Positions 40,126 to 53,959 of a DNA stretch of 64,000 bases are shown in pieces. Numbering within the stretch: the stretch's first letter is position 1; each line of letters starts with the position of its first letter. A program made the translations under genes and the position numbers. Under the pieces are notes generated by a model that saw only the letters and a program-made list of their open reading frames with translations, was not told the DNA's origin and did not search any database. Source of the DNA: Octopus bimaculoides. Lineage: Eukaryota. The stretch spans positions 568,720 through 632,719 of the forward strand of contig NC_068986.1 of the NCBI RefSeq assembly GCF_001194135.2. The letters are read 5' to 3'.

Positions 40126-40462
40126 GATAATTATGCTTATAATGTCCTTGTGACAAATAAAATAATTTTTTTGTTTGTTTGTTATTGTTGACGTTTACGG
40201 CTTGCGCTCAAATCCCATTGAGGGAGACTTTACCATTCATCATTCTGGGGCCGATAAGATAAAGAACCTCGAATATTATTGACGTTCACTTCGTCCAGAA
40301 TTTGTGACCCGATCATTGATTAATTGAAAACCTCGTCAATAATGATAAAGATTTCAAACACAAACAGGGTTCATAGCCTAATTAACTAAATCATCTAATT
40401 AATTTCAGTAGTAAATATAACTGTTAGATCAAAAGCTATACAAAAAATGAATCCGTAATTTC

Positions 40463-40740
40463 TCTTTCTCTTTCTCTCTTTCTTTCTCTCCCTCTCTCTT
40501 TCTTTCTCCCTCTCCCTCTTACTCTCTCTCTCTCATTCTCTCACACTCTCTTTCTCACACACTCTCTTTCTCACACACTCTCACTCACTCACACTCTTTC
40601 ACACTATCACTCACACTCTCTCACTCTCTCAGACACTCTTACTCTCTCTCACTCTTACTCTCTCTCACAAACACACCCTCACTCACACTCTCTCTCTCTC
40701 TCACAAACACACCCTCACTCACACTCACTCTCTCTCTCAT
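40463..40740 (+). repeat. Compound (CT)/(CA)/(CTCA) low-complexity tract
   Basis: G-free run of interleaved ctct/caca units. Confidence 0.9.
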
Positions 40741-41696
40741 TACTGACGAAGTTAAATATTAAAGGCTGATATAGACTCAAAACCTCACTTTCGGGCCGAG
40801 GAATGGAGTTGATAACCTCGACCCAACAGCTGACTGCTACTCTATTTTATCGACTTCGGAAGAAGCATAAAAGGCATAGTTTACCTTGCTGGGACTCAAA
40901 AAGTAAAGATCCATAACTAAATTCTGCAAGAGATTTTTCCTGCTGCTTTAACGATTCTGCGATTCTGCGATTCTAACAAATATCATTCACAGTTAGAATC
41001 TTTTCTCAGCTGAAGATATCTTCGAAAGATATCGATCAAGTGAATTGGGCTCATTTAAACGCCGTTAAAAACAAAATTTGCATATTTCTTTGATACACCT
41101 TATATTTCTGAGTTAATATCGGCCTTTTGAGACGTAAACCAGATACCAGGCAGTTCTTTGAACTTAGGTCTATATTTCTTTTTTTTTTTTTTCAAAAATT
41201 ATTCAAATGATGTTTTAAATTTAATCTTTAAGTAAAACTTAAGTGAATCTTAAGAGAATTTCTAATTCAACACTGATCAATAACTAAATTATTTATAGTA
41301 TTATGCTTTAATCAGTTCGTTTAGCCTAAAGCCCTGCACGTCTCTAACTGAAAATTCTATCGAAATCGACTTCAACTTTCATCAATCCGAAGTCGATAAC
41401 ATAAGAATCAGTGTTGTGTTGGGATTGATCCAATCGATTCATTTTGAATTTAAATCGTGACAAAAATTAAAATACCAGTTGGATAATGAGGTGACATAAG
41501 CCATTATACACTTTCAAGAAATTTGTGACCAGTGGCTGTTTTAGAAATAAAAACCTCCGATTCGTGGCTGTATACCAACACGCAAAATAATTTTTATAAA
41601 CATATATTTATCTGGTTATTCATGCTAGTGCTAACTACAATTGACTCATCCGATATTCAGCTTTTGTCAGCCTTACGCTATAATATATATGCATAT

Positions 41697-41911
41697 GATT
41701 TCTACTATAGGCACAAGACCTGAAATTTTGGGGGAAGGAGCCAGTCGATTAGATCGACCCTAGTACGCAACTGCTACTTAATTTATCGACCCCTAAAAGG
41801 ATGAAAGGCAAATTTGACCTCGACAGATTTCGAACTCAGAACGGAACGACGGGCGAAATACGGCAAAGCATTTCGTCCAGCGTGCTAACGATTCTGCCAG
41901 CTCGCCGCCTT
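41697..41911 (-). mobile_element. SINE family B, full length
   Basis: Reverse complement of the consensus from head to tail. Confidence 0.88.
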
Positions 41912-42028
41912 AATCTAGGTATCGAAATCGAGGTTGATTATCCATCGACCTCAATGTCCTACCACCCATAACCAAGTGGAACTTCCGATGCGTGACAGCT
42001 TTCGATTGACGGAGTCGTTAGAGCGTTG

Positions 42029-42659
42029 GGATCTTGTTCAAAACGGGGGCACCAGTATTTTCTTAACGAAACACTTTGAAACTCGGGACACTGGTAGAAT
42101 GTGTCATATAAAACATCTTTTTCTCGTAGTCTTCTTAACAAAAAAACGTACATCGCAAGTTATTTCATGTTAAAGTTGTCGTATTTCTGTAATTTCAACC
42201 AATGACTGACGTCCATTCAGCCGTGAAAATTAAGTGCTGACTACGTAAACAAACGATTCGCGGCGGTGATAAAATTATTATTTCCTTGTCAAAAAATGGC
42301 TGAAGCATATTGGCAGTAGCTANNNNNNNNNNNNNNNNNNNNNNNNNNNNNNNNNNNNNNNNNNNNNNNNNNNNNNNNNNNNNNNNATTAGGGTTAGGGT
42401 TAGGGAAAACGAACACACGTGTGTTGCCTTTGCAAAATGTCAGAAGTAATGGAGATTAAATACGCATTACACCGCTTATGAGTAACTGTAAACAGCTGAA
42501 TACTTGTCAGTGATTGGTTGAAATAAATCCGAATACAAAAATTTTTTTCTGTTCTATAACACAAAATAGATAAGTATACGAAGTTTGAAAGTCTTTCGGT
42601 ACCAAAAGCACTACATAAAACATTAATGAAAACTGGTGCCCCCGTTTTGAACAAGATCC
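42029..42659. mobile_element. Non-autonomous TIR element (Merlin-like) with internal TTAGGG repeats
   Basis: Perfect 28-bp TIR GGATCTTGTTCAAAACGGGGGCACCAGT. Near-identical 8-bp flanks GAGCGTTG/GAGCGCTG. (TTAGGG)3 at about 42388-42405 beside an N gap. Confidence 0.8.
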
Positions 42660-44392
42660 GAGCGCTGGAGTGTTCCGGCGCACTGAGTTCAAACCCCGCC
42701 AACTTCCACTAGCTTTTTTTTTTTTTGCTAGGGTGGGAGTCAATAAAGTACCAGCCGAGTGCTAGTGCAGTCCCAGGTATTACTTATTACATGTATTTAA
42801 TACTAATTAATGTTTAATTAACAGCTGCGACGACTGTTTCGAAATAGTCTATTTCTAACATGTTTTTATTTATTGCTTTTTTTTCCCTTTCTCTTTCAGA
42901 CGACTTCTCACTGTGGGTTCCAATTTCCCTTTGTTTCTGACAGTTGCTACCTTCCGACCCCCTGTGTTATACCAATGCTGTTCTGTATAAGCAGCACTGT
43001 ACAAGTCATCCTCCATGGAACCAATGTTCAGTTATATTTTAATATATACCTTCTACATCAGCGATTCTCAACTCTCCCGCTGTCATTTACCCCCTCGGCT
43101 TCATGTATTTCCCCATTTATCCCCCCACTTTATTCCCAGGCATTAAAATATGCATAACCGATATTACAAGCACAGAAAACAAAAAAAAAAGGAAAATGAA
43201 ATAATTGCATTATTAAGATTTTCTGCATTACAAAATTAATGATATCCATGCATTATATATTTACTCACCGTTAAGTAAATCTTTTATTCCACCAGGGGAT
43301 GAATATATTTTCTGTTGAGAATCACTGCTCTTACCCTTCCAAAATAACATTTACATTTCATACCTCGAAAAAAAAAAAAAAAAAATGGAATATTTTTCTT
43401 GTTTGAAATAAAAAAAAAAAGAAATCCCATCTTAACATTCCTTTATATTTCAAGAATCGATCGCCGATATATTTTTGATTAATTGTATACCCAGTTCTAT
43501 ATAACTGTGTCATATATTTGATGTATTGAAGCAGAAATATATTATTGCCTTTTATACAATTCCTTCTTTTGTTTTATTTCGTTGCATTGCGTTGTATCGA
43601 AATGTTTTCGTAGAATGTTTCATGGAAAGCTTTTGAGTGACGTATTTAACGAGATAAGCAGCTAATTAACTTATCACTCAGACATAATAATTGTTCAAAA
43701 TCAGCATTCATTACAATCAACTGCAATTATTTCCGTCATTTACCGAGTGGGATATTACAGGCAGGTTGGAAGATGGGGTAATAATGTTACGTTTTATGAA
43801 ACTTGTTTCCTAAATTTATAGCGAATTAGATCGGGCTCAGGAGTGGCTGTGTGGTTAAGAAGTTTGCTTTGCAGCTACGTCGTTGCAGTTTCAATCCAAC
43901 TGCAGGCCACTTTGAATCTCTTCTACTGTAGCCTGACTTTATCAAAGCCTTGTGGGTGGAATTTGATAGACACTGCGAAAACCTATCGTATGCGTGTACG
44001 TGAGTATATGCGTGTGTGTGTGTGTGGAGCGTATGAGTGAACAGCTTCCCGAAAAGTACGGTGTTTTTGAGATACGAGTTAGACTCACTTGTCGCTATTG
44101 GACTCAGAACGTAAAGACAGATGAAATGCCGCTAAGCATTTTGCCCGGTGTGCTAGCGATTCTGCTAGCTCACTGCCGCATCAGCAATAAAAATATATTA
44201 AAATAAAAAATGTAAAGTTTTAACTTGGGAGATCGTACTTAGAAAATATCGAAGAAATTGAATCCTTTTATGTGGAGTGGAGACGGAATTGTTTCAAATT
44301 GCAACGATTTCAACAAAGATCTACAATCTGTAGATGATACAATGATCCTTAAAGTATGTCTTGGCCTTCAAATGAATTGACCGGTGAATGTT

Positions 44393-44750
44393 GCAGGCGT
44401 GGTTGAGGTTGTAAAATGTTTGCTTCCCAACTACATAGTTCCAGGTTCAATCCCAATGTGTGGTGCCTGGAACAAGTATCTTCTGCTCCAGCCTTGGCCG
44501 ACCAAAGCCTTGTGAATGGATTTTCTAAACGAAAGAAGCTCGTCGTGTGTGAGTATGTTTGTCCTCATCACCGTTTGATAACCGGTGTTGCTGTGTTTAA
44601 CGACACTGTAACTTAGCGGTTCGGCTAAGAAACCGATAGAATAAGTACCAAGCTTAAAAATAAAAAAGTACTGCGGTCGACTCGTTCGATTAAAAATTCT
44701 TCAAGGTGGTGCCCCAGCATGGCCGCAGTCTAATGACTGAAACAAGCAAA
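44393..44750 (+). mobile_element. SINE family A
   Basis: gcaggcgtgg head through the cagcatggccgcagtctaatgactgaaacaag tail. Confidence 0.82.
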
Positions 44751-45239
44751 ATATATATACCTGTTAATCCCTGTTAATTGGCAACGCTTAGTAAATCTCC
44801 CTATTCCTCACATCTTTTTTATACAAACAAGCTTTAAATCTCCTGTGGACCAGCGATGTTAGAACGCTTTGGTCCAGGCGTGTGTCACTTGCATGTCTTC
44901 GTATGTTTTAGTTCTAAGTAAACGTTTGTAGAAAAGCTCCTTAAGAAGATGTTGCAGGGAGATTTCTTTTTCAATGAAAATTGCATGACATCTAAAAGCC
45001 CGCAGCATGTTCTAGGCTTAGTTTTTCATCACTGATATATTGACATTTCTCAGCTAAGATTGGAGATAATCATTCCGTTTTGAGTGAAATATATGATAAA
45101 AGGGTGATAACGATCAAAATGATTTCAGAGAATATATCCGATACACTTGTGGTTAAAATATGAGAGTACCACTTGGTCAGTGCTTCATGCAAAACAGCTA
45201 ATCAATATTAATGGGCGGTTATTGGCAAGATCAGTAGAG

Positions 45240-45665
45240 CGCCAACCAAACTGCTTTGGGTACAGTACTCGTGCGTGGCACCTTGGGAAAGTCTCTTCTG
45301 CTATAGCCTCGGGCCGACTAAAGCCTTGTGAGTGGATTTGGTTGAGAGAAACTGAAAGAAGCCCGGGAGTGGCTGTGTGGTAAGTAGCTTGCTTACCAAC
45401 CACAAGGTTCCGGGTTCAGTCCCACTGCGTGGCACCTTGGGCAAGTGTCTTCTACAATAGCCTCGGGCCGACCAAAGCCTTGTGAGTGGATTTGGTAGAC
45501 AGAAACTGAAAGAAGCCCGTTGTGTATACATGTGTGTGTGTGTGTGTGTGTGTCAGCATTGCTTGACAACCGAAGCTGGTGTGTTTACGTCTCCATAACT
45601 TAGCGGTTCGGCAAAGAAGACCGATAGAATAAGTACTAAGCTTACGAAGAATAAGCCCAGGAGTC
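45240..45665 (+). mobile_element. Tandem SINE family A copies (partial, then near full with internal (GT)n)
   Basis: The gccttgtgagtggatttgg...actgaaagaagcccg block occurs twice. The tail is truncated by the Tx1 3' end. Confidence 0.85.
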
Positions 45666-45667
45666 TG

Positions 45668-46630
45668 TTTCTTATTACCCATGCGGGATAACACAGAGGG
45701 GACAATGCAATATGATTGGGGGTCACATACAATCGAATGATATAATGAAATTTTTCATGTACAATGAAATCGAATGAATTGCAACACAATAAATCTCAAA
45801 CCACAAACAATAAATCACACGATGAGGTGTTCAAAACAGGTATGCTCCGACCCCACGAGCCCTGTCTTTAGCACCGACTTACTGGTAGTCACTCAATCGC
45901 GCTCACGCAGGGCCTTTCGCCCCCAACATTCGCGCTACACGCGTCCATCGTTTTTTAAATTCACTCTGACAAACACCTCTTTTCCAGCCCCACCTTCCTT
46001 TTCAAGTGAAAAGGGAACATTTTCACGAGGGCGAGGCCGGAGACGCAGGTGTTTGTCACGATACCTTTCATTCTCGACTTCCAAATCACCTCTCTCGCAA
46101 NNNNNNNNNNTTTCACGAGGGCGAGGCCGGAGACGCAGGTGTTTGTCACGATACCTTTCATTCTCGACTTCCAAATCACCTCTCTCGCAATTGCTACTAC
46201 TACGAGAAAACAATTCTTACCTTCTTTCGTCAAGAAATCCGGCGGGTTAATCTTTACAATTGACTCAGACGACAGCTGTGCTCTTCTTCCATCAGACAAC
46301 AGTTGTTCCGCATAAACCCACACTTCTGAAATACCCGGACACTGAACAATAGCGTGCAGGACGGTTTCCAGCCCTGCCCGCATCTTGGACAGGCCGTCGG
46401 CCCAGGGTGGCCATGTCTATTGAGTTTATCCCGAACGGGTAAGGCTCCTCGGTAACACTGCCAGGCCAACGACTTTTGGAAGTTATCCAGTGTCTTCGGC
46501 CCGAACGTTCTTCGGAACAGGCTGTCCAACTGGTTATCATCGAGACCCAGGGCCGTTCCCAGGGCATCGTCATTTTCAGCCTCTACCATAAGCACACACG
46601 GTCATAGATCCCTGAAATTGTCTTGGCGCA
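45668..46630 (-). mobile_element. L1/Tx1-clade LINE 3' fragment with 3'UTR
   Basis: FRRTFGPKTLDNFQKSLAWQCYRGALPVRDKL...ACPRCGQ...ETVLHAIVQC...REVIWKSR. The T-rich 3'UTR ends in aataa at about 45668, abutting a SINE tail. Confidence 0.88.
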
Positions 46631-47504
46631 AACAAAAGAAAAGGTGTTGTTACTGGATTGACTCTTTCGAAGAATATATCGTAGAAAAACATGATTACAC
46701 GCATTGCATGCATGAATGATTCCAAATACCTAGGTACATGTGTACTTATATTTTTTCCAATGTTTCGTGAAACCGATCAAAATAAACATTACAATTCTAA
46801 TCAAGAAGCGATAACAACAAACACAAAGGTACATGCTTACATATATATACACATACAGAAATTCATACATCCATACATACATGCATATACATACGCATAT
46901 ACCTACATGCACGTGTATATCCATTCATTCAGACAGACAGACAGACAGAGAGTTTATATGATACAGATGATCACGATATCTTGGATAACAAATCTGCAAG
47001 AACTTTTGCACATGAAAAATGATGAAAAGAAGAAACGTTTTTTTTTCCCCTTAAGAAAAGAAACATCATTCCTTTCTAACCTCGCCACTGAGCAGGTGAC
47101 TTGTTAGAATAAACTCTAAAATTCCAAACATAGAAGAGGAAATATGCACACATGCAGATACACACAAACATGCATACATACATATATGTATGCTGCATAC
47201 ATTCTTGCACGCATACATTCATACAACCACGCGTACATAGCCTCAATGTGGTCGTTCAACTTGCAAGAAATATTAGCCAAACAGCCCACATATTCCACCA
47301 AAACGTCTTAAGAAAAGAAAGGACATATTAGAGAATGTTGGAAAATAAAATAAAGCATTTAGAATATTTTTGATTTAATACTTTTATCCCATGTATATAT
47401 ATCATCCTGATAGCAAACTGAGGTTAACGGAAACATCACCGGCACCAGCAAACATTCGGTTTTCAGGAATAAAATGAATTTTTTCAAAAAAATTAAAACA
47501 TTGG

Positions 47505-47887
47505 TGCAGGCGTGGTTGTGTGCTTGCTTTCCAACCACATGGCCCCAGGTTCAGTCCCACTGCGTGGCACCTTCGGCAAGTGCTTCTACTATAGCCTCGG
47601 GCCGACCAAAGCCTTTTGAGTGGATTTTGTAGACGGAAACTGAAAGAAGCACGTCGTATGTATATGCGTGTGAGGAGGTGTCCTTGTGAGTGTGTTTGTC
47701 CCCTACAACCGCTTAACAACTGGCGTTGGTTTGTTTACGTCCCCGCAACTTAGCGTTTCGGCAAGAGAAAACCGATAGAATAAATACCAAGCTTTAAAAG
47801 TAAGTACTGGTGTCGATTCATTTGACTGAAAATACCTCAAGTGGTGCCCCAGCATGGCCAAAGTCAAATGACTGAAAGAAATAAAAG
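47505..47887 (+). mobile_element. SINE family A, full length
   Basis: Head, B box ggttcagtccc, central block and tail all present. Confidence 0.88.
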
Positions 47888-47949
47888 TTAATTAAAAGAG
47901 AAAAGGTAACAATAGATAATTACATGGGGAAATTACTCTTTATAAAATT

Positions 47950-48440
47950 AACAAAAACGGTGGCAGAGGACCCGTTTTCTATTTCACACCCAGCTTCAAA
48001 TTAGGAGATGCAACTGGACCTGAAGGGCAGGTTCGTCTTTCCAGAGGAAATAGTGGTAACATCACTCCGACCTGACATACACTTGCCCTCCAGGAACACA
48101 AAAGACGATCATAGAGGTCACATTTACAGTGTCTTGGGAGGACAGACTCGATATTCCTCACCATCTAAAAAAAAACAAAACAAATATCTGGACTTGATCG
48201 ACGAGGCTCTTTTCTAGAGATTGCATGTGACCTCATTGCTACTCGAAGTCGACTTTCCAACTAGATCGGAGTGCTATTTCCTCCAGAGAGATTGTCCTGG
48301 AACCCAAACAACTGAAGACGGCTACCAAGAAGATAGGCACGGCACCTGAAACCAGTTAAAGGTGGTTATGATTGATAAGAGACCGCAAGTGGAATCCTTC
48401 CGCTGGCAAAGACTAATTCAGTCATTGTTCCCCAATCAGG
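47950..48440 (+). mobile_element. Hero/R2-superfamily restriction-like endonuclease fragment
   Basis: EMQLDLKGRFVFPEEIVVTSLRPDI...IIEVTFTVSWED...KYLDL (PD-x-E...KY motif). Confidence 0.72.
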
Positions 48441-48724
48441 CGAAACGTATAAGCTGAGGGGCTAAACTCTTGTGATACTGAAATACCTGATGATTATACG
48501 GAAGGGTTTCCAACATTGCTTTGGATTTAGAAGAGTTTAGAAAACCTGAATTTCTGCCTTGTTTTGTTCTTGCTTTTCTGTTTTGGGTTTTGTTTTGTTT
48601 TTGTTATTTCCAGGTTCAGTCAGTCTCAATGCGTGGAATTGTGAGCAAATGTCTTCTACCATGGCCTCGGACCGACCAAAGCCTTGTGAGTGGATTTGGT
48701 AAACGGAAACTGAAAGACGCCCGT

Positions 48725-48769
<45 letters not shown>

Positions 48770-49616
48770 GTTTGGCCTTCTTCCTAAATGAGAAACTTAT
48801 AAAGTGGCTGAAGAAAGGGAGTAGGTGGAGGAGGATGAAGAGGGAAAGATTGTAAAATAAACACATCAACAAGTCAAAAGACTCAATCAAACGTAAACTA
48901 AACAATGTTCCAAATCAGCGCTTAAACGTTTTTCATTCATGACCCCATTTTTCATCACGAGATTTTCCGCGACTCCACGTATTAATTATGAAATAAAACA
49001 TACAAATAAATACATAAATCTTTTTTTTTTTTTTTTTTTTTTTGCTGAACAATATACATATAGAAAATAAAGTAGTTATATTATTTGTCAAAATGAAAGT
49101 AGTTTTAGGACTTGTGCGTTTGTGAAATAACATATAAACTGAAATTCAAGTGTTTGAATTTAATATTAGCGACCCCAGCATTTCGCTTGGCGACCCCAAA
49201 TGGGGTCAGAGAGCAAAACCAAACCTATTGCTTATTCTTAAACTTTGGGCTGAACAAGGAATTGAAAATACATAATTAACCCATTCTATTGGTGAAATGG
49301 TTTGCAGCGTGCGCCAAAGTCTTCTCATTGCAGAGTGAATTTAATACAAAATCCAAGAATCGGCGCGGGGTGTGTGCGTGTGTGTACGCACGTTGTGTGT
49401 GAGTGTGTGCTTCTGAATGAATGACTACACACACAAGCACACGCACATATACACATGTGTGTGTGTGTGTGTGTGTGTGCGCGCGCTTACAAAGTTCTGA
49501 AGGATTCAAATGAAAAAGAAATGAATTTGAAAGCTTTTCTATAAATAAATATCAAATATTCTGTTTCTAAAGTATGGAGTTCTGCATTTACTTTATCGCT
49601 CTCCTAAGCACATACA

Positions 49617-49680
<64 letters not shown>

Positions 49681-50343
49681 TGAATATATGTATGTGCATG
49701 CGTATATATGAGTATATGCATGTCTGCCTGTGTGAGTGTACGTATGCGTGTGACTGAGCAGTGTGTATATATATATANNNNNNNNNNNNNNNNNNNNNNN
49801 NNNNNNNNNNNNNNNNNNNNNNNNNNNNNNNNNNNNNNNNNNNNNNNNNNNNNNNNNNNNNNNNNNNNNNNNNNNNNNNNNNNNNNNNNNNNNNNNNNNN
49901 NNNNNNNNNNNNNNNNNNNNNNNNNNNNNNNNNNNNNNNNNNNNNNNNNNNNNNNNNNNNNNNNNNNNNNNNNNNNNNNNNNNNNNNNNNNNNNNNNNNN
50001 NNNNNNNNNNNNNNNNNNNNNNNNNNNNNNNNNNNNNNNNNNNNNNNNNNNNNNNNNNNNNNNNNNNNNNNNNNNNAGAGGTGAATGTAAGTACACATAA
50101 ATAGCAAAAAATTTCCTTCATAATAATAAGTTCTTTTATAGCAATATAATAATATTATTTTGACATTTAGACACTCAAGATGATTCGTTTATTTTTAATT
50201 CAAGTTTTATGCTTAGTTTGTTCATAATGAAATGTGTTTGTCTGTCAAGGACAGGTATATATACATGCATACATACACATATGTTTGTGCATGACTTGAA
50301 GTTTGTCTGCATATGTACGTATGTGACATTTAGATCGATAGAC

Positions 50344-50379
<36 letters not shown>

Positions 50380-50884
50380 TACTATATGCATATATACACA
50401 CATACGTATAAGTGTGTATGTGTGTGTGTGTGTGTGGTGTATGTGTGGCTTCCATAAATAGAGTGTTATAATTAAAGTCTAGCAGTTTATAAATTATTCT
50501 GTTAAAACGTGGTGTCTTTGTTTCAGACGAGTTCCGGTTCACTTCCTATTTGGCATTTGTTCTTTCAAAAGCTAAATGTCATCACACTTCTGATTCGTTA
50601 CTTTCGCTTCAGCTAGATACATATTTGAATGTGTTGAATATTATTGACTAATGAGGGAACCTCTACCTCTACGTGGTCTCTCCTCTACTTGAAATAACAG
50701 CCATATTCAGGGCTGGCGCCAATCTATTCAGCACTACCCAAGTCCTACAATGAGAATCCTCTTCGTTTCTTTTTATTTTTTTTTTCCAAACGTCTTCTAG
50801 CCATCACACTCCTTATGGCAGCTGGTATATTTAGTTGCAAAAATTATCATTAATTTGCGAACAAGGAAGCTTATTTTTATAACA

Positions 50885-51345
50885 CTGAGTAAATGTTACT
50901 GTTGCCACAAGTTCAATACTTGTTGCAGGGTGAGACTAAGGGCTATGACAACAGAGAACAATCTCCTGGTAGGGTTCCCTGTGATGGAATAGGTTAAAGG
51001 ATAGACGCGAGACTAATAAAGACCACCCCTTCCCCAAGGTAAAAATATGTTTGCATTGGGCCAACACTGCTACTTAGAAAAAAAGCAGTTTATGACAATA
51101 TAAAACCGACAAGGTCTGTTCGACGAAGGCCTTTCTTCGGGGAAATATATAAACCCATAAAGGGGGTGGAAGAGAGGACCTCCTAAAAATAACTGCAGAT
51201 AGGATACTAAAACAAAGCTGAAAAACGGGGATTCAACTGGAGAGAAGCAAAGAAGACAGCCCCGATTCGGTAACGGTGAAGAAAAATCGTCGATGGTTTA
51301 TACATCGTAGGTAGCGAAGGGCTTAAATCAAATTAAAATCAAACG
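50885..51345 (+). mobile_element. Bipartite non-autonomous RTE derivative (5'UTR-like part joined to the ORF 3' end)
   Basis: RTE-like 5' leader, then eroded KRGFNWREAKKTAPIR...IVDG and a caaat-type tail. Confidence 0.5.
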
Positions 51346-52040
51346 TTACTGAGCAAGATTAGAAATGTTTCATGCCAAATGATAGAGAGGTCATAATACC
51401 ACACGAGCCACCGAAACACCACTAGTCCTGTTCTCCGTCATTTTTTTGTTGGAGATGTGACCTCCTTTTCTCTTATTACGATTAGGTTTTCTTATTTTTA
51501 ATTACATTAAGAAATTGTAAGTTATTTGCGCCTCCGATTTTAGGTGATCGGCTAGGTTACCTCGAGAGTAGCGCCGACTCAGATCAACTCTTCCTCATAT
51601 CGCACCGAGCCTTCTTGAACAGAACTTATTCGATAGCGAAACACCGAATTTACACTGTCTGAATAAAAGACGATGGTCAATAATGGAATCCTTAGAGTCT
51701 GCTTAGTCAGAGATGCTAAAACATATCCATTGCATTTAAATATAAGTAAATTTAAACGTAAGCAACTGGACAGCAATGTATGTTAAATTCTATGATACTT
51801 TTACTATATCATATCGCTATATTTTGTATGATATTGTTCTACTTGTTACAAGGTATGTCCGATTGTAACAGTTGTCTATGGAGTGAAATCGAAGACATAA
51901 TCGAACTTTTTTTTAACACAATGAAAGAATGTTAAGAAGATTTATCATTTACGCACCAAAATAGAAATGTGAACATTTATAAAATGTGGAACTTCCATGA
52001 TGCCACTAACATGTTATGTTGTGTTGTAATATATTAAAAT

Positions 52041-52300
52041 GAGGGCGCATGGCCTAGCGTTTAGGGTGTTGCGCTTACGAGCGCGAGACCGTAGTTTCAA
52101 TTTCTTGACCGGTTGTTGCGTTGCGTTCTCCCGTTGCTTTGCGATCACTTCGACTCCTGGCGTATCATACACCGTGCCCTTGTTCAGACAACGTCGATTT
52201 GATGGGAGGAGTGAGCTAATGTGCAGCACGAACATTTGATCATTATAAGCAAAAGAAGCTGAACACATACGTCATCTTCGATGGGAGAGTGCAGACCATT
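52041..52300 (+). mobile_element. Further tRNA-derived SINE family (related pieces at about 33505-33590 and 33790-33890)
   Basis: gcgcatggcctagcgtttagg head. Body acaccgtgc.c.tgttcag.caacgtcgatttgat is shared with 33820-33860. Confidence 0.65.
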
Positions 52301-53959
52301 ATATCATAGCATAGCAGATCATATATCCTATCGTACCATATCATATTACATTGTATTAAATAAGGGCGACGGGAGGCAGGAAAATGTTTTGCTCCATTTC
52401 TCTGGATCTTTAAGCTCTGAGTTTAAATACACCACCACCACTTCCTATATTGGAAACAATAACATTCAGTAAATTGACCACGATCGGTTTCGACTATCAG
52501 TATTCTATTGTTCGATGAACTGAACAACTTACTTCTTGATTTAACAGGTAAATGGTTGAGTATTCCACATACATTAATACCCTTAACGTAATAAATAAGC
52601 ATAGATCTTAAAATTACAAGTACAATCCCTCCACACAGTTCAGTCTGCTCAATTTCATTCAAAAGGGTTGTGTTGGGCCAAGACTATGGTTAAAGACCCT
52701 TACACGAGATGCTACCCAATCACCCCGTGATAGTGAAACGAACTTCTTTATCAAATGTATTGTATATATCCTATATACAGTCAATATAAAGTCCTGTTGT
52801 CGTCATTGTCTCTGCCCACTCGCTGCTTAAACCTTGTGTTTTGGTGTGCCGCGGCCAATTGGTGAGCCCTTCACCCTGTGTAAATTTCTATAGTGTAATA
52901 GAATTAACACCTGCACACACAGATGATGTGGTGAGGCTGCAGTGGTCTTCAAATTTTGGCTCAAAGCCAGCAATTTCGAGGGGGGGGGGCGGAAGTAAAG
53001 CAAACACTGCAATCGATGTAATACACCAACCCCGTGCTTCACGGGTACTTATTTTAAGGATCTCGAAAGAATGTAAGGAAAAATTGACTGCGGTGGCGTT
53101 TAAACTNNNNNNNNNNNNNNNNNNNNNNNNNNNNNNNNNNNNNNNNNNNNNNNNNNNNNNNNNNNNNNNNNNNNNNNNNNNNNNNNNNNNNNNNNNNNNN
53201 NNNNNNNNNNNNNNNNNNNNNNNNNNNNNNNNNNNNNNNNNNNNNNNNNNNNNNNNNNNNNNNNNNNNNNNNNNNNNNNNNNNNNNNNNNNNNNNNNNNN
53301 NNNNNNNNNNNNNNNNNNNNNNNNNNNNNNNNNNNNNNNNNNNNNNNNNNNNNNNNNNNNNNNNNNNNNNNNNNNNNNNNNNNNNNNNNNNNNNNNNNNN
53401 NNNNNNNNNNNNNNNNNNNNNNNNNNNNNNNNNNNNNNNNNNNNNNNNNNNNNNNNNNNNNNNNNNNNNNNNNNNNNNNNNNNNNNNNNNNNNNNNNNNN
53501 NNNNNNNNNNNNNNNNNNNNNNNNNNNNNNNNNNNNNNNNNNNNNNNNNNNNNNNNNNNNNNNNNNNNNNNNNNNNNNNNNNNNNNNNNNNNNNNNNNNN
53601 NNNNNNNNNNNNNNNNNNNNNNNNNNNNNNNNNNNNNNNNNNNNNNNNNNNNNNNNNNNNNNNNNNNNNNNNNNNNNNNNNNNNNNNNNNNNNNNNNNNN
53701 NNNNNNNNNNNNNNNNNNNNNNNNNNNNNNNNNNNNNNNNNNNNNNNNNNNNNNNNNNNNNNNNNNNNNNNNNNNNNNNNNNNNNNNNNNNNNNNNNNNN
53801 NNNNNTTTTTTTTTTTTTTTTTTTTCTACTACCACCGTCATTTACTAAAGACCTACTCAGATAACCCCAAACCCTCAAGAGCGGTCTTAAGTTAAACAAG
53901 AGCCTTACTACTTTGTGACTGGCTTGAATTCTGAAAAGAAAGAAATTAACATATAACCG

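Noticed and set aside
42900-43157. Strong polypyrimidine acceptor (ctctttcag) followed by a 94-aa ORF
   Set aside because: No donor or homology. The 3' part begins with a hAT-MITE-like cagcgattctcaac end.
46021-46190. Exact 80-bp direct duplication inside the Tx1 fragment
   Set aside because: The copies flank a 10-N gap, the signature of unmerged overlapping contig ends.
49588-53899. Long ORFs of 107-335 aa (also 59260-60104 and 62644-63125)
   Set aside because: They are open only because they run through N gaps.
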